Both the position numbers and the translations under genes were made by a program. A stretch of DNA of 64,000 bases, from positions 1,152,001 through 1,216,000 of the forward strand of contig OY761159.2 in NCBI GenBank assembly GCA_963664395.2, written 5' to 3'. Under the pieces are notes generated by a model. It was given only the letters and a program-made list of their open reading frames with translations, had not been told where the DNA came from and ran no database searches. Below are positions 19,060 to 28,608 of this stretch, piece by piece (positions within the stretch are counted from its first letter, which is position 1; each line of letters begins with the position of its first letter). The stretch is from Candidatus Binatia bacterium (GTDB taxonomy: Bacteria; Desulfobacterota; Binatia; Bin18).

Positions 19060-19464
19060 CTACGACACTCCAGCCTCCCCTGCGGGATGACGGAGATCAA
19101 GGCTCAAATCTAATCGATCATACGGAACGACCGGGGCGCGGGCATTGCCGTGAGCTGTGCTTGCCCGGAATTCGACGAGGCCGACTTGACGCAGGTATTC
19201 AATATCTCCACTCACATTCTTTACCTCTCGCCCAAGGAGCGAGGCTAATGCTCGAACCGACTGCGGGTGTTTCTCGGCCACTACCCACAGAAGGGTGAGA
19301 CGTTTTGGCGTCAGGCATTTCCGGAAGGTTTCGATATCAACGAAGAAGAGAGACTCCTCTGCCGGCAGAGTGGATTTCTCTTCTGCTCGTCGAAAGACAG
19401 ACTGCAATTCTTTTTTATTCTCTTCCCAGCTTTTGATCCCGACCTTCACACGTTTGACTTTCAT
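19060..19464 (-). CDS. HVO_A0114-like winged-helix regulator/antitoxin
   Basis: F.DIETFRKCLTPKRLTLL...PQSVRALA.LLGREVKNV..D...L...GLV...PVVPYD. Confidence 0.8.
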   Translation of the reverse strand: MKVKRVKVGIKSWEENKKELQSVFRRAEEKSTLPAEESLFFVDIETFRKCLTPKRLTLLWVVAEKHPQSVRALASLLGREVKNVSGDIEYLRQVGLVEFRASTAHGNARAPVVPYDRLDLSLDLRHPAGEAGVS

Positions 19465-19757
19465 AATTCACCTCGGAGAACGGCTTCTACATCCCTGACA
19501 AAAGTATTCCATAATTGTTCAGGACTCGTAAAATGATACAGTTCCTCTTTCCCACGGATGTGGCGGTGATGTGGTTTGCCCGGATGAATATCGTATAAGA
19601 TGATGATTTCTCGTGTCCGGGGATTTCCAAGATAGCAGCGATATCGAACGCCTTCAGGATAATCTGGACTCTCGGGGACAATCCGAATATCAACTTCCAG
19701 CAAAAGATCCTCTCGAAGTTGGATTTTACGGTGAAAAGGTCCGCCTGAAAGATTCAT
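19461..19757 (-). CDS. DUF6516 (TumE-like) putative toxin
   Basis: VPES.DYPEGVRYR...YD.HPGKPHHRHI.G.E..Y.F..PEQL...F; 4-bp overlap with the antitoxin. Confidence 0.75.
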   Translation of the reverse strand: MNLSGGPFHRKIQLREDLLLEVDIRIVPESPDYPEGVRYRCYLGNPRTREIIILYDIHPGKPHHRHIRGKEELYHFTSPEQLWNTFVRDVEAVLRGEL

Positions 19758-19786
19758 ATTTTGTAGGCACCGTACACCTACAAAAT
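19758..19786. promoter_or_regulatory. Inverted-repeat operator upstream of the DUF6516 TA operon
   Basis: ATTTTGTAGG-N9-CCTACAAAAT, perfect 10-bp inverted repeat abutting the start codon. Confidence 0.6.
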
Positions 19787-19805
19787 TGGCCTATCAAGCA
19801 AGTCA

Positions 19806-20237
19806 CTACGGCCCGCTCGTCACATAGGTGGCGAGGTTGACCGGGCCGAGCGGAGCGGCCAGAGCGGCCAGGCGGGTCATTTCTTGGCGAAAGCGTGGGC
19901 CGTGGTGCACGTTGGTCGCTACATGGGCCATTTCATGCAGCAGAATGCCTTCTGCCTTGGGGAAGGGAAAAGCTTCCAACAAAATACGGTGTCTCTTTTT
20001 ATCGCAGTAGCCGGCTATGTATTTACTCATTGCGGCAGGTACTCCGGGCACGATGAGCGGGTCGTGGAGCGTGATGCGGTACGGTGGGAGCGCATTGGCG
20101 AAGTACTGTCGGTTGAACTGTTCGAAGTGGTGCTGGTACTGCTTCTCCCACTCGGCGAGTTGGGTGGCGGTGGCTGGGCGAGACTTACGATCTTTCCAGG
20201 TGGAAAAGGTGGAGAGGGTGGATATTTTGGCTCCCAT
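19806..20237 (-). CDS. SprT-like zinc metalloprotease domain protein
   Basis: FEQFNRQYF.NALP...ILLHEMAHV...HGPRF..EM.RL. Confidence 0.8.
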   Translation of the reverse strand: MGAKISTLSTFSTWKDRKSRPATATQLAEWEKQYQHHFEQFNRQYFANALPPYRITLHDPLIVPGVPAAMSKYIAGYCDKKRHRILLEAFPFPKAEGILLHEMAHVATNVHHGPRFRQEMTRLAALAAPLGPVNLATYVTSGP

Positions 20238-20291
20238 GTATGCTTTCCCCGTCTTGGTCTGTGATTGTATACAGGGGGGAGAAGAGCCCTC

Positions 20292-20314
20292 TCCCTCTCC
20301 CGCTGGGAGAGGGA
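20292..20314. repeat. CCCTCTCCC/GGGAGAGGG-type REP-like hairpin (possible terminator)
   Basis: TCCCTCTCCC-GCT-GGGAGAGGGA between hpnH and the SprT-like gene. Confidence 0.55.
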
Positions 20315-20337
20315 AACGAGATGAGGATGGGAAGGGT

Positions 20338-21336
20338 TTACGCCGCCAGCATCCACTTGGCCATGCGGAGCATATCCTGAGGGCTCTCGGGCAGTTTGCG
20401 CATAACGGAGGCTTCAAAGCCGGAGTGCATGAGACAGTTCTGACACAAGGCGTCTTCGCGTTTTTCCCAGTAGTCCCAATCCACGCCGTTCCAGAACTCG
20501 TCCCATGTTTTGAAGTATTTCTTGCCGATTAAATAGCATGGGTCTTTCCAGCCAAAGGGCGTCCGGGTGACATTACCCCATGGGGTACAAGGATAATCGC
20601 GCTCGCCGGCCGCAAATTCGAGAAAAAGTGGGGTGAGCGAGATTTTATAGCGCTCGGACAGTTCCAGGACACGTTTGAACTTTTGGTGAATCTCGTCCCG
20701 AAACATGAAATGCTTGGCCTCAAGCGCTTCGTAATGATAGCCGGGCGAGATCATGATGCCGTCCACGCCGAGTCCGGTCAGCAGCTCACACATCTCTTCG
20801 ATCTCTTCCATGCTGGTTTCGCGGAACACCGTAGTGTTGGTGCACATGGAGTAGCCGAGCTGTTTGCCGAGCTTGATCATTTCAATGGCTTTATCAAACA
20901 CGCCTGGCTTGTCGCATACAAAGTCATGCGTGTCACGGAGCCCATCGAGATGGACGTTGATGGACAGGCGCTTATGCGGCTTACCCTTTTCGTAAAACCG
21001 TTCCAGCAAGATCCCGTTGGTACACAGGTAGATGTGCCGCTTCCGGTCAATAATGCCACTAACCAACTCCGGCAGCTCTGGATAAACGGTCGGTTCTCCA
21101 CCGCAAATTGACACAACCGGCACACCGGACTGATCCACCGCTTCAAAGCATTGATCCAAAGAGAGCCGATCTTTGAGCTCGCCTTGGTGCCGCTCCGGCG
21201 TACAGCCCACACAGGCCAGATTACAGGTGTATAACGGCTCAAGCATGAGCACGACCGGGTAACGAGACTGGCCTTGCAGCTTGTTCTTGAGCTGCCACTT
21301 CACCATGTCGGTAGTAATATGTAATGGAAACCGCAT
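20338..21336 (-). CDS. hpnH: Adenosyl-hopene transferase (hopanoid radical SAM)
   Basis: YPVVLMLEPLYTCNLACVGC, LCTNG, CTPWGN.TR..FGW..PCYL, C.NC.MHSGFE. Confidence 0.92.
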   Translation of the reverse strand: MRFPLHITTDMVKWQLKNKLQGQSRYPVVLMLEPLYTCNLACVGCTPERHQGELKDRLSLDQCFEAVDQSGVPVVSICGGEPTVYPELPELVSGIIDRKRHIYLCTNGILLERFYEKGKPHKRLSINVHLDGLRDTHDFVCDKPGVFDKAIEMIKLGKQLGYSMCTNTTVFRETSMEEIEEMCELLTGLGVDGIMISPGYHYEALEAKHFMFRDEIHQKFKRVLELSERYKISLTPLFLEFAAGERDYPCTPWGNVTRTPFGWKDPCYLIGKKYFKTWDEFWNGVDWDYWEKREDALCQNCLMHSGFEASVMRKLPESPQDMLRMAKWMLAA

Positions 21337-21371
21337 ACTCTTCCTCTCTACCGCTCAGACCCGGTATCTTA

Positions 21372-21391
21372 CTGTCTGACCGGTCAGTCAG
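21372..21391. promoter_or_regulatory. Palindromic (TetR-like) operator in the divergent hpnH/fur promoter region
   Basis: CTGTCTGACCGGTCAGTCAG, 20-bp palindrome with one mismatch. Confidence 0.45.
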
Positions 21392-21490
21392 GGAATACTA
21401 CCGACCCGTAGAAAAGCCCGCAAGGGGGAGAGTCAGAATACTGGCAGTTTGGTGCTTTACAATTTTTCGGACCTTGGTCACAATATATAT

Positions 21491-21826
21491 ATGGTAAAGA
21501 AGAAGGCAGTTGGGAGAGGAAGTGGAAGTGGGGGGAGAAAAGAGAATGCCACACTCGGGGCGCTCAAAGACGTAGCCACACAGCTGGGCATCCGGGTCCG
21601 AGAGGAAAAGCTGCTGCGTGAAGGTGGGTATCGCGTGCGGGGTGGAGGCTGTCGCGTGCACGATCAAGACATCGTCTTCCTCGACCGAGACCGCCCAGTG
21701 ACCGAACGGATTGACATCCTGCTTGATGAGCTCTCGCACCGTGAGGTTGATACGCAGGCGCTCTCGCCATCAGTTCGGCGTCTCTTCACAAGAGCGCCGG
21801 GAATAGAAGGAGACCCTCCATCATGA
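21491..21826 (+). CDS. Hypothetical protein
   Basis: LGIRVREEKL...GGGCRV...VFLDR; ATGA overlap with fur. Confidence 0.7.
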   Translation: MVKKKAVGRGSGSGGRKENATLGALKDVATQLGIRVREEKLLREGGYRVRGGGCRVHDQDIVFLDRDRPVTERIDILLDELSHREVDTQALSPSVRRLFTRAPGIEGDPPS

Positions 21827-22287
21827 GTGACCGGCTGGACACCTTTCGGCTCTGGATCAAAGCGCAGGGGCTCAAGGCCACCGCGCAACGAGAAGACATC
21901 GCCCAAGTCTTTTTCTCGACAACCCGTCACCTGAGTGTGGAAGAACTCTATGGAGAAGTACGCCAGATCAATCCGCGGGTGGGCTATGCCACCGTCTACC
22001 GGACCCTCAAACTACTCAAAGAATGCGGACTCGCTGAAGAGCGCCACTTTGCCGATGGACAGGCCCGCTTTGAGAACATTGAAGCCGAACGGCATCATGA
22101 TCATCTGATCTGTGAACGGTGCGGGCGCATTATCGAATTCGTCCAGCCGCGTATTGAAGAGCTTCAAGAAGAACTCGCTCAGCGCTACGGCTTTGTGGCG
22201 ACCACGCACAAGATGGAGATCTACGGTATCTGCAAAGAATGCCGAGAAAATCCCGACCTGCGCCAGGGGCGACTCTTGAACGGCTAA
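21823..22287 (+). CDS. fur: Fur-family transcriptional regulator
   Basis: H.SVEELY, GYATVYRTLKLL, HHDHLICERCG, YGICKEC. Confidence 0.92.
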   Translation: MSDRLDTFRLWIKAQGLKATAQREDIAQVFFSTTRHLSVEELYGEVRQINPRVGYATVYRTLKLLKECGLAEERHFADGQARFENIEAERHHDHLICERCGRIIEFVQPRIEELQEELAQRYGFVATTHKMEIYGICKECRENPDLRQGRLLNG

Positions 22288-23063
22288 GCCTCAAGCCGAA
22301 ATAAGCGGGCGGTATTGTGCCACGTGGCCTGAGCCACCTCTTCAAGCGGCACTGCTTTTATTTGTGCAATCGTTGCTGCCACCCGGGAGACATACGCCGG
22401 TTCGTTCCGCTGGCCGCGGTATGGGATAGGAGCCAAATACGGGCAATCTGTCTCGATGAGCAGGCGGTCCATTGGCACGCCGGGAACGACAGCGCGCAGC
22501 TCCTGCGCATTCTTAAACGTCACAATCCCACTAAACGAAATAGACAAACCAAGCGCAAGCAGGGCCTGGGCTTCCGGCACAGTGCCCGTAAAGCAGTGCA
22601 GCACGCCTCGGACTCGACCGCCACCCTCGTGGCGAAGTATATCAGCGGCTTCAGCATAGGCCTCACGGACGTGCATGGAGAGCGGCAGGGCGAGTTCGAG
22701 CGCGAGTTGGATAAAGGCTCGAAAATGCCTCCGTTGCGCTTCTCGTGGGGAATACTCGTAGTAAAAATCCAACCCGGTTTCACCTAAACCGACGACCTTC
22801 GGCTCCTGCGCTAATTGTCGCAGTTGGTCATAGGTCTCCGGGGTAATGGTTTTTGCATTATGTGGGTGTACGCCAACCGTGGCAAAGATATCGGGATGCT
22901 CCCGCGCCAAGGCGACGGCTTTTTCATTGTGCCAAAACTCTCCCGTGGCTCCAATCGTGATAAAGCGCGCAATGCCGGCTTCACGCGCCCGGGCGAGTAT
23001 AGTGTCCCGGTCCTCATTAAATTGCGTGTCCGTCAGATGGCAGTGTGAGTCGGCGAAGTGCAT
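22284..23063 (-). CDS. tatD: TatD-family nuclease
   Basis: DSHCH, GVHPH, GETGLD, HCF, IETDCPYLAP. Confidence 0.93.
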   Translation of the reverse strand: MHFADSHCHLTDTQFNEDRDTILARAREAGIARFITIGATGEFWHNEKAVALAREHPDIFATVGVHPHNAKTITPETYDQLRQLAQEPKVVGLGETGLDFYYEYSPREAQRRHFRAFIQLALELALPLSMHVREAYAEAADILRHEGGGRVRGVLHCFTGTVPEAQALLALGLSISFSGIVTFKNAQELRAVVPGVPMDRLLIETDCPYLAPIPYRGQRNEPAYVSRVAATIAQIKAVPLEEVAQATWHNTARLFRLEA

Positions 23064-23081
23064 GCAGAGATTCCTACCACT

Positions 23082-24845
23082 CTAGTGTGCAGCCGCCTCT
23101 GCCTCTTTCTCCGGGACATCTTCGTCCAACTTGACAAACAGGGGCTTGGGTTGCCTGAGCGCTTGGCCCGGGGTAAGCGTACCCGGCTCCCACTTGCCGC
23201 TGGCTTCGCTGTTATCGTGGCGGAGGACCACATGTTCGCCTCGTTCGTCTTTGACTGTCTCGGTATACTGCCGTCCAAAAAGCTGACCGTCATAGCCCAA
23301 GAACTCGTGGAGCTGCTGGCTGGTGTGGGGCAATATGGGTGCCCAGAGAATCTTCAACCAGTCAATGGCTTGCAACGCCGTATGGACCGAAGTCGCCGCT
23401 TGGTGCGGGTCGGTCTTAATCGTACTCCAGGGGGCCGCGTCGTGCAGATACTGGTTCACCCGTTGGCTCAGCCGCCGGGCTTCATGCATAGCCGCTTTCA
23501 GCTTGACGCTTTCGTATAAATCCCCCACGCTTTGGAAGCCAGCTTTGACTTCGTCAAGCAAACCCTGATCTTTTTCACTCAACGGCCCCGGTTCAGGAAC
23601 GACCCCATTCCAACGTTTATAGGCAAAGCCTAACACCCGGTTGACCAAATTGCCCCAATTCGCCACGAGTTCGTTGTTCACGCGTTCAACAAAATCGTCC
23701 CACGTAAAGTCAACATCGTTCGTTTCCGGCGCGATGGCGGTGAGCGCGTAGCGCCAGGCATCCGCCTGGTAGCGTTCGAGGACGTCCAGGATGCCAATAA
23801 TACGGCCCTGGCTTTTGCTGAACTTCCGGCCGTACATGTTAAGGTATTCGTTCGCCGGGACATCATAGGGCAGATTCAGGCTTTGGTGGGCAATGAGCAT
23901 CGCCGGCCACATCATGGCATGAAAGGGGATATTGTCCTTCCCGATAAAGTTATAGATACGGGCGTGCGGGTTGGTAGTGGCGTCCCACCACTGACGCCAT
24001 TGTTCAGCATCGTTATTGAGGTGTGCCCACTCCCGGGCAGCACTCAGATAGCCGATGACGGCGTCATACCAGACATAGATACATTTCCCTTCCGTCTTCG
24101 GCAGCGGAATTGATACGCCCCACTCCATGTCACGGGTAATCGGGCGGCCACGTAACACCGTCTGTTCCACCTGGGTCCGCGCAAAATGGATAACATTCGG
24201 ACGCCAGTGCGTTTTGCCGTCTCGCAGCCAGGACAGCAGCGGTTCCTGAAGTTTCGACAAGTCCAGGAAATAGTGCTCGGTCTCACGGACTTCGAGTGCG
24301 GTGCTCCCGGTAATCCGTGAGCGGGGGTTTTTGAGCTCAATAGCTTCGTAGGTGCGCCCACACTGATCACACTGATCCCCGCGTGCTTCGTCAGAGTCAC
24401 AAAACGGGCAGTTGCCCTCAACATAGCGATCGGGCAAAAAACGCTGCGCGGTGGCGTCATACAATTGCTGCTGGCTGTCCTGATAGATATAGCCGCCCTC
24501 AAGATGGGTGCGAAAAAGATCCTGCGTCACCTCCCAGTGGTTTTGCGTATCCGTATGCGTGAAAAGGTCGAACGTCAGACCCAGTTTGAGGTAGCTGTCA
24601 ATAAACGTGGCGTGGAATCGATCAACAATTTCAGCCGGGCTGACCCCCTCAGCCTCAGCCCGGACCGTAATAGGCGTGCCGTGCGTGTCGGAGCCACTGA
24701 CCATCAGGACATGATTCCCGCGCAGACGCTGGAAGCGGGCAAAAATATCGGGCGGGAGATAGGCACCGGCAATATGGCCAATGTGTTGTTCGCCATTCGC
24801 GTACGGCCAGGCGACTCCGACAAGTATATGCTGTGGTTGATCCAT
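23082..24845 (-). CDS. metG: Methionine--tRNA ligase
   Basis: [13 protein letters not shown], Zn knuckle [29 protein letters not shown]. Confidence 0.95.
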   Translation of the reverse strand: MDQPQHILVGVAWPYANGEQHIGHIAGAYLPPDIFARFQRLRGNHVLMVSGSDTHGTPITVRAEAEGVSPAEIVDRFHATFIDSYLKLGLTFDLFTHTDTQNHWEVTQDLFRTHLEGGYIYQDSQQQLYDATAQRFLPDRYVEGNCPFCDSDEARGDQCDQCGRTYEAIELKNPRSRITGSTALEVRETEHYFLDLSKLQEPLLSWLRDGKTHWRPNVIHFARTQVEQTVLRGRPITRDMEWGVSIPLPKTEGKCIYVWYDAVIGYLSAAREWAHLNNDAEQWRQWWDATTNPHARIYNFIGKDNIPFHAMMWPAMLIAHQSLNLPYDVPANEYLNMYGRKFSKSQGRIIGILDVLERYQADAWRYALTAIAPETNDVDFTWDDFVERVNNELVANWGNLVNRVLGFAYKRWNGVVPEPGPLSEKDQGLLDEVKAGFQSVGDLYESVKLKAAMHEARRLSQRVNQYLHDAAPWSTIKTDPHQAATSVHTALQAIDWLKILWAPILPHTSQQLHEFLGYDGQLFGRQYTETVKDERGEHVVLRHDNSEASGKWEPGTLTPGQALRQPKPLFVKLDEDVPEKEAEAAAH

Positions 24846-24911
24846 AGTATGTCTCTCCGAACTGTCTCCTCGCATCTCTCTTCCCTTCATTCCTAGCGGG
24901 CGGGCGCCGCC

Positions 24912-25931
24912 TCAGCAAGTTCCGGCAAGTTCCAGCAGCATATCTTCCACTGCGAGTCGAGGATTTGCGTTCCGGCCCAACGCCTGAATCGTATCGTGGA
25001 CGACGTTGAGATCGTGTAAGGCCCGGGAGACGCTCACCGTCGTCCGGGCCAGGGTCGGCAGGCAGTCCTGATAGCGCACGACCGCCGCATTGCCGAGCAA
25101 GAGATAGCGCAGGGCCTCTTCATACCAGGCGAGGACGAGTTCCAGGCGTGCCCCCCTCTCCAGTGCCTCTGGCGTCTCGGCTTTCTTCTTTGTCTTGGAG
25201 CTCCGGTCGGCCACCAGCCATTCAGCCAGTTGGGACAAGGTTGAAAAAGAAGCGCCGTGTACAGTAGAGAGATGCTCGACAACCTGCCGGCGCTCCTCAA
25301 TCAGTATCTGTGGGTCAAGACTGAGGGCGCGACCAATACTCCCACGACTATAGCGGGCGAGCAGACTCGCCGTGTCAGCCTCCAGACCGGCCTCCTGCCT
25401 CAGGATGAGTGCAACGTCCTGGACCGGCAAGGGCGCAAAGCGCACGTGTTGGCAGCGCGACAACAGGGGCAGCGAAAGCGTTGCCCCGCTCACGGCAAGC
25501 AGCAGGACAATCGCATCGCCGGGCGGTTCTTCAAGAACCTTCAGCAAGGCACTCTGCGCCTGGGCTGTCAGGGTATGCGCCGCATTGAGGATGCAGATTT
25601 TCTTGCCGCCGCGAACGGGTCGCAGAGCTAAAAACCGCTGCATCGCACGAATCTGATCAATACCCATGCTCTGCTTGCCGGGGGGAGGCGCAGTAAAATG
25701 ATAGTCTGGATGAGAACCCGCCTGCACAGACGCGCAGGCAGGGCAAGAGCCACACCCGTGCTGAGGGGCCTCCTGGCACAACAACGCGTGAGCCAAGGCA
25801 ATGGCGGTACAGCGCTTGCCGATGCCATCCGGTCCTGTAAAGACATAGGCATGGGCAACCCGGTCATTGGCCAACGCATTGCGGAGTATGGCAAGCGCTG
25901 CCGCCTGACCCTGTATCTGATCCAACAGCAT
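24912..25931 (-). CDS. holB: DNA polymerase III delta' subunit
   Basis: HAYVFTGPDGIGK, CGSCPAC, HPDY, ALLKVLEEPP, SRCQ. Confidence 0.93.
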   Translation of the reverse strand: MLLDQIQGQAAALAILRNALANDRVAHAYVFTGPDGIGKRCTAIALAHALLCQEAPQHGCGSCPACASVQAGSHPDYHFTAPPPGKQSMGIDQIRAMQRFLALRPVRGGKKICILNAAHTLTAQAQSALLKVLEEPPGDAIVLLLAVSGATLSLPLLSRCQHVRFAPLPVQDVALILRQEAGLEADTASLLARYSRGSIGRALSLDPQILIEERRQVVEHLSTVHGASFSTLSQLAEWLVADRSSKTKKKAETPEALERGARLELVLAWYEEALRYLLLGNAAVVRYQDCLPTLARTTVSVSRALHDLNVVHDTIQALGRNANPRLAVEDMLLELAGTC

Positions 25932-25952
25932 GGTTTTCCCTACGGTCTGTCC

Positions 25953-26657
25953 TTATGACAGGCGTTTGTGGACACCTTCAAGAATGGCAGCGTGCACAGC
26001 CTCGATATCCTGGGCGGCATTGATAAGACAGACCCGCTCGGGCTCGGCGCGGGCAATGGCTAGGAACCCCTCGCGCACCCGCTCGTGAAACGCGAGCGGT
26101 TCGGCTTGAAAGACGTCCTTCCGCTCGTATCTGCGCCGTGCCAGGCCGTCTTTGATCGGCAGGTCCAGCACAAAAGTCAGTGCCGGCCAACAGCCACCAC
26201 AAGCAAACGTATTGAATTCAGCAACAACTTCGAGATCGATTTCCCGCCCGTAGCCTTGGTATGCCGTGGTTGAGTCTGCAAACCGGTCGCATAACACGAT
26301 CCGACCCGCGTCAAGATTGGGCCGTATTAGATCTTGTACGTGTTGGGCCCGGTCGGCCAGCATAAGGAGCAGTTCGGCCTGGGGTACCGTCCCAGTTGGC
26401 TCAGTAAGGTCGTTTGACTCGGCCGGTCCGGGGAATAGAGGATGCTGAAGAAGGTCGTTCCGAGACGGGCCTCGCGGTTGCCTAGGCTTGTTATGCAAAA
26501 GTAACTGACGCAGCCCGCGCCCCAGCCGCGTGTCACCCGGTTCGCGCGTTTTGACCACTTCATGACCACCTTCGCGCAGGACGTTGGCCAGCCGCTTAAT
26601 CTGGGTAGTCTTGCCGCTGCCTTCGCCCCCTTCAAATGTAATAAAAAATCCGGTCAT
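25953..26657 (-). CDS. tmk: Thymidylate kinase
   Basis: FITFEGGEGSGKTTQ, TREPG, DRF.DSTTAYQGYGR. Confidence 0.95.
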   Translation of the reverse strand: MTGFFITFEGGEGSGKTTQIKRLANVLREGGHEVVKTREPGDTRLGRGLRQLLLHNKPRQPRGPSRNDLLQHPLFPGPAESNDLTEPTGTVPQAELLLMLADRAQHVQDLIRPNLDAGRIVLCDRFADSTTAYQGYGREIDLEVVAEFNTFACGGCWPALTFVLDLPIKDGLARRRYERKDVFQAEPLAFHERVREGFLAIARAEPERVCLINAAQDIEAVHAAILEGVHKRLS

Positions 26658-26696
26658 GCTCTGTACTCTTTCCGCATGGGGAATATAGCGAAAAAG

Positions 26697-28568
26697 TCAG
26701 CCGACTTCCAATCCGACCGATCGCATCAGCGCCAAGGCATTGCTCCTTTGGACGACACCGGTCTTCATGCGGTAGTCGAAGCGCAGCTCGCCGTCTTCGA
26801 ATTGATCTTCAAAGCAGACATTCACCACTCGCGGAGCCAGGGCTTCGGCAATCTGCGCCAGGGCAAGATCGTGCGTTGTCACCAAACCGATTGCATCCCG
26901 TTCAAGCAGACCCCGGACCACGGAGGCCGCGCCAATTTGGCGGTCATGTGAATTCGTCCCGTGGAAAATCTCGTCCAGAAGAAAAAGCAGGGGAACCGGA
27001 CCGGCCGCGACATCCATTAGCTGCCGGACGCGCATCACCTCTGCGTAGAAGCGGGAGGTCCCGGCATGCAGGGAGTCCTGTACACGCAGGTTTGCACCCA
27101 GCGTCAACGGGGAGAGGCGGAGGTGCCGAGCCCGCACCGGGGCACCGGCCAAGGCCAGGACGGCGTTCACCCCAACGGTCCTGAGCAGCGTACTCTTCCC
27201 CGACATATTTGACCCACTGACGATCAAGGCCTGAGGACATTGGTTCAGGGCAACATCATTGCGCACACAGTGCTGTTCAGGCAGCAACGGATGGCCGAGT
27301 CCCGTTCCTTCAAAACAGGCGACCCGTTTTCCATCTTTTTGCTGTGGCACGAGTTCCGGGAAGGGGTCTGCCGGATGCTCATACGCATAGCCGGCAAGCG
27401 CATTCAGGGCCTCGAATTGGCCGATCGCACTCAGCCATTGGGCAATGCGCTGCCCCGACCCGGCGCGCCAGCGTTCGATGCCACAGGCAATCTGCGTCGT
27501 CCAGAGCAACAGGGCGGCAAGCGGCCCAAAAAGCTGATTCTTGCGAGATTCGAGCAGGGTAATCAAACGATTGAGACGGGCAATCTGGCGCGAGGGCGGC
27601 AAGCCGTTTGTGGCAATCATCGCCTGGAGGCGGACCAGCCACGGACACGAAAACGACTCTTGTTCGAGACACAGCAGGACTTCGGACAGCAGGCTGAGTT
27701 CGCGTCCGACCCGCTCGATATTGATAATGGCCTGACAGACCCGCGGCCGGACGCTGGCGGCAAAAAGGCATTGCACCACACTCGCCACGACAAACGGGAC
27801 CGGACCGATAGCCGTCAGTCCCCAGGCGGCCAGGCTCATAAGAGAAAGAAACGAGAGGACGCCGGCAATAACAGGCAGCCACCGGCCGGATAGATGGAGC
27901 AGCGATTGTCCCCAGTCTTGCAGTGTGTGGGGCGAGACACCGGCGTCAATATCGTCGCCACGGATGGCCAGCTCTTCGCGCAGATCGAGGCGGAGACACA
28001 ATTCATCAATGGCCGCCTGACGAGCGCGAATCTCCTCAGGCGGCGCGGGTGTCGTCAGCCAGGCGGCCAAGGTCTGTCGGCCACTCGAGGTCCGCGCGGT
28101 GCACAGCAACGCAAACACCGAGCCCGGACCAAACAGGTCGAGGTCGGCGGCATAGGGATGACCATCCCGCTGACTCTCTTGCAGAAATTCGGTCCCAGGC
28201 TCTCCAAGGGTTGGAGAGCCTGCCCAACGATCTTCAAGCCGGGCTAATCCCTGGGTGTAAAACGCCACACTCCGTTCTGCCCGCAACCGCTGGCGTTTGA
28301 CCCGCTCATGGAACAGCACGAGTCCGGCAAAGCCGATACCAAAAGGCAGCAGCCAGCCCCACGACACTGTTCCGGGCCGAAGAAAAAACCAGGCAAAGCC
28401 ACAGCCGGCAAGAAAGAGGAGGAGACGCGCGGTGCCAATCATGCGGTCCCGCTGCATGCAGCGTTGGGACTTTCTTTCGCGTTTACCAAGCCGCTCAGCA
28501 TACGCGGCATGCGGGTCCACGGGACGCGGGCGGGCGCCAGTATCCCGCGACAGGTCGGCCGACATCAT
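26697..28568 (-). CDS. Membrane-anchored MutS domain V ATPase
   Basis: Transmembrane segments plus SGSNMSGKSTLLR, LDEIFHGTNS, TTHDL, GVVQRSNA; no mismatch-binding domain. Confidence 0.88.
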   Translation of the reverse strand: MMSADLSRDTGARPRPVDPHAAYAERLGKRERKSQRCMQRDRMIGTARLLLFLAGCGFAWFFLRPGTVSWGWLLPFGIGFAGLVLFHERVKRQRLRAERSVAFYTQGLARLEDRWAGSPTLGEPGTEFLQESQRDGHPYAADLDLFGPGSVFALLCTARTSSGRQTLAAWLTTPAPPEEIRARQAAIDELCLRLDLREELAIRGDDIDAGVSPHTLQDWGQSLLHLSGRWLPVIAGVLSFLSLMSLAAWGLTAIGPVPFVVASVVQCLFAASVRPRVCQAIINIERVGRELSLLSEVLLCLEQESFSCPWLVRLQAMIATNGLPPSRQIARLNRLITLLESRKNQLFGPLAALLLWTTQIACGIERWRAGSGQRIAQWLSAIGQFEALNALAGYAYEHPADPFPELVPQQKDGKRVACFEGTGLGHPLLPEQHCVRNDVALNQCPQALIVSGSNMSGKSTLLRTVGVNAVLALAGAPVRARHLRLSPLTLGANLRVQDSLHAGTSRFYAEVMRVRQLMDVAAGPVPLLFLLDEIFHGTNSHDRQIGAASVVRGLLERDAIGLVTTHDLALAQIAEALAPRVVNVCFEDQFEDGELRFDYRMKTGVVQRSNALALMRSVGLEVG

Positions 28569-28608
28569 GCTGTAGTCCTTTTCACGTTCTCCACAGGTAG
28601 GGTCCGGG

